From the NCBI GenBank assembly GCA_951406725.2, contig OX597816.1, positions 142,848,001-142,912,000 of the forward strand: a stretch of DNA of 64,000 bases, read 5' to 3'. A model generated the notes under the pieces. That model did not search any database. It worked only from the letters and a program-made list of their open reading frames with translations, and had not been told where the DNA came from. This document shows positions 1-11,491 of the stretch, in pieces. Numbering within the stretch: the first letter of the stretch is position 1; every line of letters begins with the position of its first letter. The translations under genes were made by a program, and so were the position numbers. The DNA comes from Octopus vulgaris (Eukaryota).

Positions 1-240
1 AGCACCATTTGAGCATGGTCAATGCCAGTGCTGCCTGACTGGCTACCATGTCAGTGGCACGTAAAAAACACCCTCTACACTCTCGGAGTGGTTGCCATTA
101 AGAAGGGCATCCAGCTGTAGAGACGTTGCCAGATCAGATTGGAGCCTGGTGCAGCCTCCTGGCTTGCCAGTCCACAGTCAAAACCTTCCAGCTCGTGCCA
201 GCATGGAAAGCAGACGTTAAACAATGATGATGATGATGAT
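1..240 (+). mobile_element. 3' end of RTE-type LINE family ('family A'), ending in (GAT)n tail
   Basis: AAGGGCATCCAGCTGTAG...GGAGCCTGGTGCAGCC...CAGCATGGAAAGCAGACGTTAAAC(GAT)n; the same sequence follows an RTE ORF C-terminus at 8945-9513. Confidence 0.8.
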
Positions 241-2119
241 ATATAATGTATGTGTGTGTGTGTGTGTGTGTGCATTTGTGTCTTGTTTTGACATCTCATG
301 ATAACTGTAAACAAACAGCACCATCATGCTAGTGGTGTCATTCCATTGCAACTTTCCATGAGATCTCCAGCCTTTGTGTTGTTCTTGCACAAAGGACTAA
401 TGGATGTATAACTCCCCTTGGAAACAGGTAAGCTTTGGCAACAGGAAGAGTATCTAACCATATATAAAAGCTATCTCAGTGAATTTCATCTGACCTTGTA
501 AAAATGAAAAAGTGGATCTTAATATGATGAAGATGTTTCAGTAATAATTGAATACCAATATTGTATTTTATGTTGTACATTAGCATCATTAGTTATAGGT
601 TTCAGAATAATAAAGGAGTGTCTGTAACTCAGTTCAGAACAAATATTGTAAAAGGTTTCATTCAAAAGGGGCTGGGTTTTCTTGTTTTCTCACTGATGTT
701 TAGCTCTTTCACCATTATAGGTGAGCAAAAGTTATTTATTTGTGTGTGTGCTAACAACACACACACACACACACACACATACACACACAGATTCTTGTGC
801 TTAGTCCAAAGCTATGCTAGAAAGTGCTTGCCAGAGATGCTGAATTCAGAAACCTCTTAACCACGCAACTATGCCTGGATTCTGATAATTACAAAATACC
901 AAAACCTTTAAATGTATTAAGATGAAATGAGTATAAAAATGGTGGACTCTCCCTCAGTCTTGGCAATAAGCATTCAGTTGTTCAACCTGCTGAATTCTTT
1001 CTTGTAAAACTGTAAGCAGTCAAGAATTCCACAGATACATGTACAGTTTACACAATTCTCAGGTCAAATGAACATGATACAATATGATAAAGCTTGACCT
1101 TTGAATTATATATACTATCCAGAGACAGATAGACGAGAAAAATAACTCTGTACTAGACTGAAAGGATAAAAGACAAAGCTGACCTCAGTAGGTTTTGAAG
1201 TCAGGGCACAGATTCAAAACAACTTGCTTGATATGGCTTCTAGATCTATGGTACAAGCTTCCTGTTTTAAAATGAACTAAATTAAAACCTTCCAATAAAA
1301 TTTCATGTTAATTTATGTTACAAACATCAGCTTCATAAAGATAAAGTTATCTTAATTCTTATTTTCAAAATTAATTGAAACAAAAAGCAGTGTATTTCAA
1401 CAGGAATATGGTAACAAAATGGTAATGAAATTATTCTACTAATTCACTGTAATTAATTAGTATTAGTGTAAGTGTAATACTAATTAAGTTGAAATTCACA
1501 GCTCACATTTTACTGAGTAGTTTGTTAGGCCCAATCACTATATTACAGTGAAAGAATCATGGATCAAGATTGTAAGGTAATAGACTAATAATAAAGACAG
1601 ATACTTACACTAATATAAAGTAAACAGTAGAGTATAATTTTAGAAAATATTTTCTAAGAATAAACTACCTGTAACAGAGAGTATCTAGCAAAGGTTCTTA
1701 AAACTGAGAAACTATCAACTGACAGCTATTGTTTGCCAAGGGGTTTGTTGAATTGACAAACTCCTTCTTACAAAGAATAGCTTTAGAAATGTGTTTGCTT
1801 TTGCTTACCACATCTAAATAAAATGTCATGAAACCATAAAAGAGTAATGAAAAACTTCTCAAATATTTTGAACACAATTGCATGATATAGGGAAGCTTGA
1901 AAGCAATTTACATACTACTTGGCCATCAATGTGGTTTCTCCTAAATATACCTTTGTGTGTGTGTGTGTGTTTGGGAATGATTGATCTAAAGGAGACCATT
2001 GGCTGAGAAAGGAATGGCTGCTAAGATTTCGATGGTGACAAACACATGAACATCCTCCTAGGAAAACCGGAAAATGGCATTTTTTCAGGATTTTTCATTA
2101 AAAAAGATTTGATGAAATA

Positions 2120-3860
2120 ATGTTTGAATGTTAGAGAAAGGGGACTCCTTCAAAGATCTACACAGAAAAATTCCTACTTTATGTCTAGAGAAATTGAAGA
2201 CAGGTTTCTTTGGTGTCTTAAGATATGAACATGAATGAAAGATGAGCAATTTATAAGTTAACTTAAACCAGTTGAGAAAAACATCTGGGTAACATTCACA
2301 GAAGTTGTGAAAAAAAACTTTTTGAGTAAAGCCAAATCAGAAAATTATGACTATCTAATAATTACTTTCTCCCTTTCAGAAGCTAAGATATAAAATGAGT
2401 ATTAAAGTGCATTATGAGAGTGGGTTGAAAAGTTCATAGGCTGATTATAAAGGAGTGATGCTAGAGCTATAATATCTTGTGTGGATTAATTTCATCTTTT
2501 CTTGTTAATAACTGCATTGTTTCTTTCCAAGTAAACTGACTCCTGACTGTTCAAAGAAGACTTCAAAAGTAATTAGTAGTGACTTCTCTTGAAATCAAAA
2601 ATGTTTGCTATCATGGTGTTATTAAGTACCTGCAAAAATAGGGTTTAGCCTCCAATGGCATTCCTGCTAACATGGTTGCTACATTAGGAGAAGACACCCC
2701 AGCTTTATCAACCATGAAATGGGCAGCTGAATTATGAAGGGAAAGGGAGAGTCTTGAAGATGACTCAAAGACAGACATTCGGGAACTGCCACCACTGAGG
2801 AAAACATTGATCGTGTTCACCACATGGGGATAAATGAGAGGTGACTGACTTTAAATCAAATAGCCAATGTTGTTCGCATATTCCATGGGAGAGTTGAGAA
2901 TATTCTGCACCATGAACTTGGCATGACAATGGTTTCTACTGGCTGGGTGTTATGTCTTCTAACACCTGATCAAAAGTTGACCAGGCTGATCACATCACAG
3001 GAAAATCTGTCATTGTTTGAGGCAGATCCAACTGGTTTCCTTGAACATTTCCTAAAACAGGATAAGTGTTGGGTTTGTCGCTTTGAGCCAGAGACAAAGA
3101 GACAATCCATGCAGTGGAAACACCCCTTCTCACCTGCTCCCCAAAAAAAAACAAGCTCATTTTATCTGCCAGGAAGGCGATGGTCTCAGCTTTTTGGGAT
3201 ACAGAAGGCATTGTTCCCCTCCAAAGGGGCCACACCAACAATGGAGAGTACTATGCCAACTCGCTTAGGCAGTTACAAAAGGTTATCAAGACCAAACACC
3301 CAGGAAAACTGATGAAAGTTGCCTTATTTCATCAGGACAGTGCTCCAGCACACAAGTCCTTGGTTTCAATGGCTATTGGGTATGACTGTAGCTTTAAACT
3401 GGTTGATCACCCTCCCTATTCTCCTGATTTGGCTCCAACTCACTATCATCTGTCCCCCAATATGAAAAACACTTGGCTGGGAACCAGTATCAGTGATGAT
3501 GACATCATATCTGCTGCTGGTGACTTTTTTTGATCAACAGGATGAAAGCTTCATCACCAATAGAATCTAAGCACTGTAAGAACTGTGATGAAAGAAGTGT
3601 GTGGACTGCAAGGGGGTTTATGTTGAAATATAAATCTTATTTGGTCACATTTCAGGAGAGTATCTTGGTCAGTCTAAGAACTTTCCAGTTGACCTTTGTA
3701 CCACCATGATCATTTAGACTACTTCACCACTAATTTAGGGACTGATGGCAAAGTACAAGGGAAATGTTACCACCAAAACATAAAAGATTTGGGAAAAGAG
3801 ACCAGGGATGGTCAAAACTAAATATGATGGCAAGCTATTGTTGACTCCTAGAAGTTCAAC
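2120..3860 (+). pseudogene. Decayed DNA-transposon transposase, Chapaev3-like (tentative superfamily), interrupted by a mariner
   Basis: Fragments read MKDEQF...KPVEKNIWVTFTEVVK/NFLSKAKSENY...MSIKVHY, then the mariner, then HHDHLDYFTTNLGTDGKVQGKCYHQNIKDL...NMMASYC. This resembles the recalled MSxKxHFLHSHLDFFPxNLG..SDEQGERFHQDI motif. Frameshifts and stops present. Confidence 0.6.
2413..3700 (+). mobile_element. Full-length (~1.29 kb) decayed mariner (Tc1/mariner) transposon
   Basis: Imperfect TIRs TA-TGAGAGTGGGTTGAAAAGTTCATAGGCTGA / TCAGTCTAAGAACTTTCCAGTTGACCTTTG-TA. Transposase fragments WVLCLLT, FEPETKRQSMQW, MVSAFWD, HQDSAPAH, HPPYSPDLAPTHYHL across frameshifted ORFs 2923-3312 and 3114-3533. 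Confidence 0.93.
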
Positions 3861-4867
3861 AATCTAAGAAGTGGAAGGTGCTTCTATAAATAGTGTACTT
3901 GCTTAACCAACCTCATTTTTTCTTTTTTTTTTAGCTTATTCAACATCTTCTGTTGTTGAATTAATATGAAACAGATCAAATTTCTCAGTGGAGTGATGCA
4001 TTTCTTTCACCAATACAGCACTGTTGAACTATTTCATGTGTCATTTCAGAGATAATGGATGAATTTTACTGTCTCAATAATGCACAATGTATTAACTAAA
4101 TATAAGTAAAAATGACTCAATCTTTCTATAAAATAACTAAAATAACTATACTTATACCTTATATTTGTAGCTTCTGTTCTACTAATATGCACGTTTCAGT
4201 TGCACCACATTGCTAAATTTTGAAAATCCATTTCCCAAAAAAATTGATTTAATGCAAAAAATTCTGGGAGCAAATTTTAAATGAATGCCCAAAAATGAAC
4301 ATTTTTTTTTATGATGAAAGTAAGATATTTTTTCAAAATGTAGACTAGCATAATCATTAGAAAATATGAAGACTAGCGTAGTCTGCATTGGTAGAAATCA
4401 AGACAGTAAAAATACAAAAGAAAAAGTGAGTTACATTTGAACACCATGAACACTTAACATGGTTTTTCTACCTGCTAGAAATAGCTATCAAATATCTGTC
4501 AAATTACTCTCTCTAAGGTTTCTGTATGCTTTGTTACAATTGATCAGCAGCTGGAAAGCATTCCTCTCCAATATAAATTCCAAGCTCCAATATAAAGTTT
4601 TGTATGGAAAACCAGCAGTTGTCCATGTATCAAGTCTCTGCTTTCCATGCCACCATTTTTCATCACCATCATTATCATTATCATCATCATTGACATCATT
4701 TTTCCATACTAACATGGGTTGGGTGGTTCAACAGGAACTGGTAAGTCAGAAGACTGCACCAAGCTCCACTATCTGCTTTAGCATGATTTTTATGGCTGGA
4801 TGCTTTTCTAAATCCAACCACTTTACAGAGTGTACTGATTGCGTTTTACATGGCACCAGCAGCAGCA

Positions 4868-5016
4868 GTTTAAGTTAACTTATAAATTGCTCATCTTTCA
4901 TTCATGTTCATATCTTAAGACACCAAAGAAACCTGTCTTCAATTTCTCTAGACATAAAGTAGGAATTTTTCTGTGTAGATCTTTGAAGGAGTCCCCTTTC
5001 TCTAACATTCAAACAT
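4868..5016 (-). repeat. Exact 149-bp inverted copy of 2120-2268
   Basis: Reverse complement matches 2120-2268 with no mismatch on base-by-base reading. Confidence 0.92.
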
Positions 5017-5589
5017 GACTCCTCAACTGAGGTGGGAGTAGTATTGAGGGACAAGAAAAAGGAGTGTTGCATTTGAGGGGAAACATGGCTAACTTAAGTG
5101 AGGAGAGAGTGGAGAGTGAGCGAGAGAGAGATGATGTGATGGGAAGGGGTGTAGGATAAGTGGACTAGGAATTGGAGAAGGTGAGTGGGTGGCTGAGGGC
5201 ACAAGATTGCAAAAGGGGAGTTGTAAATGGAGGGGGAAATGTAAAGAGTGGACACAAATAGAGGGAGGGGGTATTAGGAGATTATGTTGTATGGAAGAAG
5301 TTCAACAGAGACATTGTATACAGGTAGGTACATGTGGGAGAGTGGAGGAGAATGCAGTGATTCTATATTCCATTTTTGAAGATGTATCCATCAGTATTGT
5401 CATTATCATCATCATCAACACCACCACTAGCACCACCACTGCAACATGGACTGGACAAGTTAGTTTTTACTCAGACTTTGTACATTATCAGTGTTTAGAT
5501 ATCTAACAGTGTTTAGGTATCTAAAGTGCATTGGTATCTAACTGACATCTGGTGTCCTGTAAAAAAATATGCTTAAAGTTTGACATCAG

Positions 5590-5674
5590 AAAACAATCTT
5601 TGATAGATTTGGTAGACAGAAACTGTGTAAAAACTATCATATGTATGTGTGTTTGTATGTGTGTTTGTATATAC

Positions 5675-5723
<49 letters not shown>

Positions 5724-5960
5724 TTTGTCTTGACATCACATGGAAGATGTAAATGAGTGCCACTGTCATACAAGCAGTATTATCCACTTCCATTACTCTG
5801 CAAGAACATGTCTCACCATAAGGAAATGTTACCTTGCTTGGAAATAGGTGAGGGTTGGCAACAGGAAGGGCACCCAGCCATAGAAAACCTGCCTTAATAA
5901 GCTCTGTTTGGCTCATGCAAGCTTGGAAAAGTGGGTGTTAAGACAATGATGATAATGAAG
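5590..5960 (+). mobile_element. SINE with family-B body, (TG)n hinge and RTE-type tail
   Basis: GATTTGGTAGACAGAAACTG (shared with 56016-56395), (TG)n, then CAGGAAGGGCACCCAGCCATAGAAA...CATGCAAGCTTGGAAAAGTGGGTGTTAAGACAATGATGAT. Related tail piece at ~250-535. Confidence 0.7.
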
Positions 5961-6689
5961 ATGTTCCTCTTTAAATTCTGAGTTCAAATTCTACTGTGAT
6001 CAATCTTCATCCTTCTGGAGTGGACAAACTAAAGTACCAATCAAGTATCAGATTCAATGATATCTACTACCCCCACCCAGCAAAAATTTAAGCCTTGTAC
6101 TTCTAATAGAAACAATTATTCCAGTTGTTAGAAGAATGATGACTGAATTTTTATCCTGGCATTTGTTATCATCTTCAAGGCTGAATTGACTGAGACATGA
6201 TTTATGAAATGTTCTAGAATATTGTCCCCAAGTTTGGATTTAAAATCTTGGGAGATCTCAACAATGCATCTCCTGCATTTAGTTCACCTATGATGTAGAA
6301 ATTATATGGCTGATGTCTTAAAAACTGTGGAAGGATATGAAGTGATGGATTCCCTTTAATACAGTAGATTTGGGGACATGAAAATAGGGTCTAAGATTAT
6401 TGTAAAATGTTTATTACAGAGATAGATGTGAAATTTCTTACAAGTTTACACAACTCCCAAAGCCAATGAGGGAGTTTCTCTTGTGTTGCTCTATCTACTA
6501 GAAATAGCAGCCAAATTGTTCTGACATTTATAATCTTAGAGATACAATTTCTGAAGAAAAGAAGTGAAGGAATGGTCATAGATGGAATGTCTTTTGAACA
6601 TAGGCCTGCTTGATAAGAGCTAACCTGCTGGTAAACATTAACAAAATAACAGCAACTACCGACATTTCTTTATTCTGTATGACTGTATT

Positions 6690-7140
6690 TCCTTGGCTTT
6701 TCAATAGCATCAAAATTAATGTTCTTTGTTTTTCTTTGATTATTAGTTTGTGATAAGATTGCACCAAGACAAACTTTGCTGGCATCGATCTATATTTTAC
6801 ATGCTATCTTGATGTTGATGTGCATGAGAATTGTATTGAAATTAGTTCTTTCAATTCATTGAATGTTCTTTTATAAGATTCACTGCACTTCCCTTTCACA
6901 TCTGCTTTTATCAGTTGGCAAATTTTCTTAGAATTTGTTGCTAGGTTTGGAATGAATTGTGCCAAATAATTTAGTAATCTCCAAACGCTGCATAATTTGG
7001 TTTGGCTTGTTTGATATTTAAACTATTTGATTGTGCTGTCTTTTGAGATAAAAAGAAAAACAATATATGCAATCTCTTTCACTTTGAACATGCATTTTTT
7101 TCAATAATTTAATGTGAGATCATTTTTCTTAAAAGATTGA
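6690..7140 (-). pseudogene. Gypsy/Ty3 LTR-retrotransposon pol relic (RT C-terminus and RNase H start)
   Basis: Minus-strand fragments KNDLTLNY*KKCMFKVKEIAY, LLNYLAQFIPNLA, FNELKELIS, IDASKVCLGAILSQ match the Gypsy LxLNxxKCxF, NYLxxFIPNLA and DASxxGLGAxLxQ motifs in the expected order. Confidence 0.75.
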
Positions 7141-7661
7141 TAGGCAATTTTCGATGGCTCTTTTTTCTTTTCTTTTTTCTCTCTGATTGCTTCTATATCG
7201 CTGTCATCTGAGACGTTGCTCATGGTAGTTTAATTTCTGAAAAGTTCAGCAATTTATTATTTGTCTTAATTCTCTAGATGCTGAGCTAATTCCCTAAAAT
7301 CAGTTTTTGTAACAATAAAACCTTTGATGTCTGTGAATATTGTTACATTAAATGTAGTTGGATGTTATTGTTGCTGTTTGTTTATTTAAGTCCATGTCTG
7401 TCTTGATTGAGTATATCTACGATTAAAATCATTCCATTTAATCTTTTTGCATGCTTACACTTTATCTTTTACATGTTTCAGTCATTGGACTGTGGTCAAG
7501 CTGGGACACTATCTGGACAGATTTTAGTCAAACAAATCGGCACAAGTATTTATTTTCATTGTTTTTAAGCCTGGTACTTATACTATTGGTCTCTTTCGCT
7601 GATCTATCAAGTACAAGGATGTAAACAAACACAAACACAGAGATACATAGATATATACATA

Positions 7662-8931
7662 CAGGGGTTGGACAAAATAATGGAAACACCTTAAAATTTC
7701 AAACAAATTATTTTAATATGGGGTAGAACTGACTTTGGCAGTAATTACAGCTTGAATTCTATGAGGTATGGACTTGTACAAAGTTTGAATTGTTTCCAAA
7801 GGAATTTTTGTACATTCTTCAGCTAAAACAGTCTCCAGTTCTTGTAATGATGATGCTGGAGGATATTGACTCCTTACTTGTTTTTCTAAAATGCACCATA
7901 AATGTTCAATAATATTGAGATCTGGGGACTGTGGTGGCCAGATAAGATGTTCAACTTCTCTAGAATGTTCCTCATGTCATTCACTAAGAATTTACCTGTG
8001 TAAATTGGTGCATTATCATCCTGCAAGATTGTGTTTCCCTCCGGAAACAGTTCTGTAACCATAGGATGAATTTGATCAGATAAAATGCTTGAATAGTCTT
8101 GACTATTAATTCTGCCATGAAGAGAAACCATTGGGCTGGTGGATTTCTAAGATATAGCCCCCCCAGTTTACAAATCCTCCTCCGTGTTTAACAGTTAGAA
8201 GAAGACAGTCTGGGTCAAATGCTTCTTTTGGCTGTCTCCTCATGTATACTCAGCTAGTGGTTGGAAATAAGGTAAAGAATGACTCATCCAAGAAAATAAC
8301 ATTCTTCCACTGCTCTAGGGACCAATTCTATAGGTTTTTACTCCATTCTAAATGCTTTGCAACATTTGTTTTTGAGGGTAGTGGTTTTCTGATTGCAGCC
8401 CTCCCATGAAATCTGGCTTTGTGCAGCTCCCAGCAAACAGTTTTTGTAGAAACTGGGTTCTCGAGGTGGTCATTGAGCTCTGCAGTAATTTTGGGAGCTG
8501 TACTTTTGTGATCTTTTCTAACAATTTGCATGAAAGTCCGATGGTCCCTATCTAAAAGTTTTGATTTTCTTCCAGAGTTTTGTTTCAATGAGGAGGTTTT
8601 TTCCTCTTTCTCAAAGACTGTCATTACTTTCGAGACAGTATTTCTTGATACACCAAACATTTTGGTTGTTTTCATTACAGTCATGCCTGCTATACGAGCA
8701 CCAACAATTTGACCAATTTGAAAGTCCAATATATCTGTCATTTTAATGAATTTTAATTACCTTTTTCTGATGATATCTGAAAAGAAACAGCAATTTTAGC
8801 AAAACATATTAAGCAACACTAATAATAAATCAAAAAACATAAAAATAAACAAGCTTTGGACACTTTTTGTAGATATTTCAAAATTATGATGTTATGATGC
8901 TAGGTGTTTCCATTATTTTTTCCAACCCCTG
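7662..8931 (-). mobile_element. Full-length decayed Tc1-like transposon, copy 1
   Basis: TIRs CAGGGGTTGGACAAAATAATGGAAACACC / GGTGTTTCCATTATTTTTTCCAACCCCTG, with TA on the left. Transposase ORFs 8328-8741 (HTH, GRAAIRKPL) and 7886-8131 (QDDNAPIY); WPPQSPDLNIIEHLW in an adjacent frame. Confidence 0.93.
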
Positions 8932-8944
8932 AATGTGTATGTAT

Positions 8945-9513
8945 ATGTACTGAGGAAATGACCAGCGACCGAGACCTTTGGAAATATGCTGTACGTGAGA
9001 AGACCAGGCAGGACAAGTGAGCCCATCCCACTTATGCATGCCTTTCCTCCCTTGGACACAAAGACCTGTTGAGGCAAGCAAAGTCGATATAGAACCTCAT
9101 CCGACGACAGGCACCCATGCCAACCCCCTTTGCTTGCGAAGACATGTTGGGGCAAGCGAAATCGAAATCGAATTGAACCAGCCAGGATCCCTGGTCTGGT
9201 GGTACGTAAAAAGCACTATCCGACTCGTGGCCGATGCCAGCGCCGCCTCGACTGGCTTCCATGCCGGTGGCATGTAAAATACACCAATCCGACCGTGGCC
9301 GTTGCCAGCCTCGCCTGGCACCTGTACAGGTGGCACGTAAAAAGCACCCACTACACTCACAGAGTGGTTGGCGTTAGGAAGATCATCCAGCTGTAGAAAC
9401 ATTGCCAGATAAGACTGGAGCCTGGTGCAGCCTTCTAGCTTCCCAGATCCCCGGTCGAACCGTCCAACCCATGCTAGCATGGAGAATGGACGTTAAACGA
9501 TGATGATGATGAT
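8945..9513 (+). mobile_element. Young 5'-truncated RTE LINE: ORF C-terminus plus 3'UTR with ~55-bp internal tandem units and (GAT)n tail
   Basis: EEMTSDRDLWKYAVREKTRQDK* has the RTE-type DRxxW end. CpG-rich. Units of GGCACGTAAAAAGCAC.. type. Other family-A copies: 9514-9571(-), 13981-14325(-), 14840-15160(-), 16278-16472(-), 37100-37637(+), 45880-46423(+); older ones at ~4660-4865(-), ~35190-35350(-), ~63240-63400(-). Confidence 0.85.
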
Positions 9514-9700
9514 CATCATCATCATCGTTTAACGTCCGCTTTCCATGCTAGCATGGGTTGGACGGTTCAACTGTGATATAAATACCTCTTAAAGGGATAT
9601 CAGCATCCAAGTTCACTGGTTTTATCCAGTGTATCAGTGAAATACTAAAAGATGATAGCTTCAGATTGATGCATATGAGTATATTATCATTTATGTATAT

Positions 9701-9955
9701 GAAAAAGAAAATGGAGAAATTGACATATAGACATCAATTTATTAAAACAAATCCAATTTCAAACAATATCAAACTCATACAACCTACAATCATTTCAATT
9801 AACTATATTCAATATGAATCTTTAATTTAATTATTTCTCGTTTGAATTAATTGGACATGGAAACAATTGTAGGTTGTATAAATTTGATATTGTTTGAAAC
9901 TGGATTTGTTTTAATAAATTGATGTCTATTTGTCAATTTCTCCATTTTCTTTTTC
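9701..9955. mobile_element. Palindrome (96-bp arms), probably an inverted Penelope-like pLTR end with the 3' half of a hammerhead
   Basis: 9701-9796 is the reverse complement of 9860-9955 (6 mismatches). The right arm begins GAAA-CAATTG-TA and has AATAAA downstream. Abuts (TA)n. Confidence 0.7.
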
Positions 9956-9956
9956 T

Positions 9957-10001
<45 letters not shown>

Positions 10002-10817
10002 TGGCAGGGCTTACTGCTAGGGAGTCGGCCGTATGCTAGAAATAGACCATCAACGATCAAACTACAAGGAAATTCTCTAGAGGAAAAATACAGCGAACAC
10101 CAGAACCAAATTTGGCGGGCAGGACAGATGAAAATTTATATAAAAAACAGAATTAAATGCATACCTCGGTTTTGGCCTTTAACAAAAGAATTACTTACGT
10201 AATTCAAATGTCCGTGTAATTCAAGTGTAATTGGTAAAACTATACACGTGTCTGTGCTGGCACAGAAAGCTGGGGTTAGTTTTTCAGTTTACATCACAGT
10301 TCAATGCTAAAAATGATAAAAACTTTGATTTCATTATGATTGTGACATTTACTTCCATATCAAAGGCAGTACATTTCTTTCCTTTTAATAAATACTGACT
10401 TGTTCCTGCTGTTTCTGTTCATATTTCTATTTAATCAAAAAATTTGTCCTAGATTTTATTAATTCTCTTTTCCAAATCTGCTTCATAATCATAAGGCATT
10501 GATAAATACAAGGATGCATATCCATATATTTAAATCCGGATTTAGATGTAAAATTATACCCCATGAGGGTTTTTTCAGCAGCTTAGGATGAAGATTGAAG
10601 CAACAGATTGCATTGTTATTTAACAATGAAACCTGATAAATCATTACTTGACAATTCAAGAGAATTTTGCTGGTTGGATTAACTGTAGAGATCTATAACT
10701 GTTTCAAGTTGCATATTTGTGTTTTGTTCTATAAATCAATCTATTATAGTGCTATGTGTGTTGCTTTGTTAACATTACATGTTGATGCAAGTTTCTGAAG
10801 ATGTGTAATATAATTAA

Positions 10818-11491
10818 CTAGCAGTATCGCCCGGCATTGCTCGGGTTTGTAAGGGAAATAACTATATAAGCATTTTTAGAGAGTTATAGCAAAAAAATTA
10901 GCAAAAAAATGCATTAAAAATGGAATAAAAAATTATGGTAATTTTTTTTTTAATCGTTGACTCATCGTAGACATTTTTAGAGAGTTACTTCCCTTATATA
11001 ATAGCGAAAAAATGCATTAAAATGGAAAAAATGATGGTAAATTTTTTTTTAAATCGTAGACTCATCGTAGACGCTTTCTTAGCCATTTCTGTTTTGGTGT
11101 CTTCAAGCCATGAAGTCGTTGTTCTAAAAGAACGCTGGTCTCCTTGACAATGCTTTACGACGTTGATTTCCTTACACTCCCTTCCCCACAGCTTCACGAG
11201 GGAGGGAAGAAGGGGGAAAAGCAACACAGGTGCAGGTGTGACCATGGACGCCAACTCCGCCGCCATCGACACACGAAAAAATATGCGTTAAAATGGAAAA
11301 AAATGATGTTAAATTATTTTAAAAATCGTAGACTCATCGTAGACGCACGCTAATACCCAGACGGGCTCGATATGAATCACGACTATAAGATACTCGAATT
11401 TGGTTAAACTGCATCGCAAAATGTGGGAGTAGTTAGGAATCTAAATCGTAGGAGACAGAGACTCACACAACTACAGTTTTATATATATAGA
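10818..11491 (-). mobile_element. Non-autonomous Helitron
   Basis: Minus strand A|TCTATATATATAAAACTGTAGTTG...AAACCCGAGCAATGCCGGGCGATACTGCTAG|T: 5' TC, subterminal hairpin, 3' CTAG, A|T target, no TSD. Three internal copies of a ~65-bp unit ending GACTCATCGTAGAC. Confidence 0.85.

Noticed and set aside
3114-3533. SETMAR or other domesticated mariner gene
   Set aside because: No SET domain, multiple frameshifts, TIRs and TA TSD retained.
8767-8790. CTGATGA..GAAA as a hammerhead (also CTGATGA at 3309, 39624, 41738, 52111)
   Set aside because: No stem I or cleavage triplet; these lie in Tc1/mariner sequence, a simple repeat, or the YADD codons.
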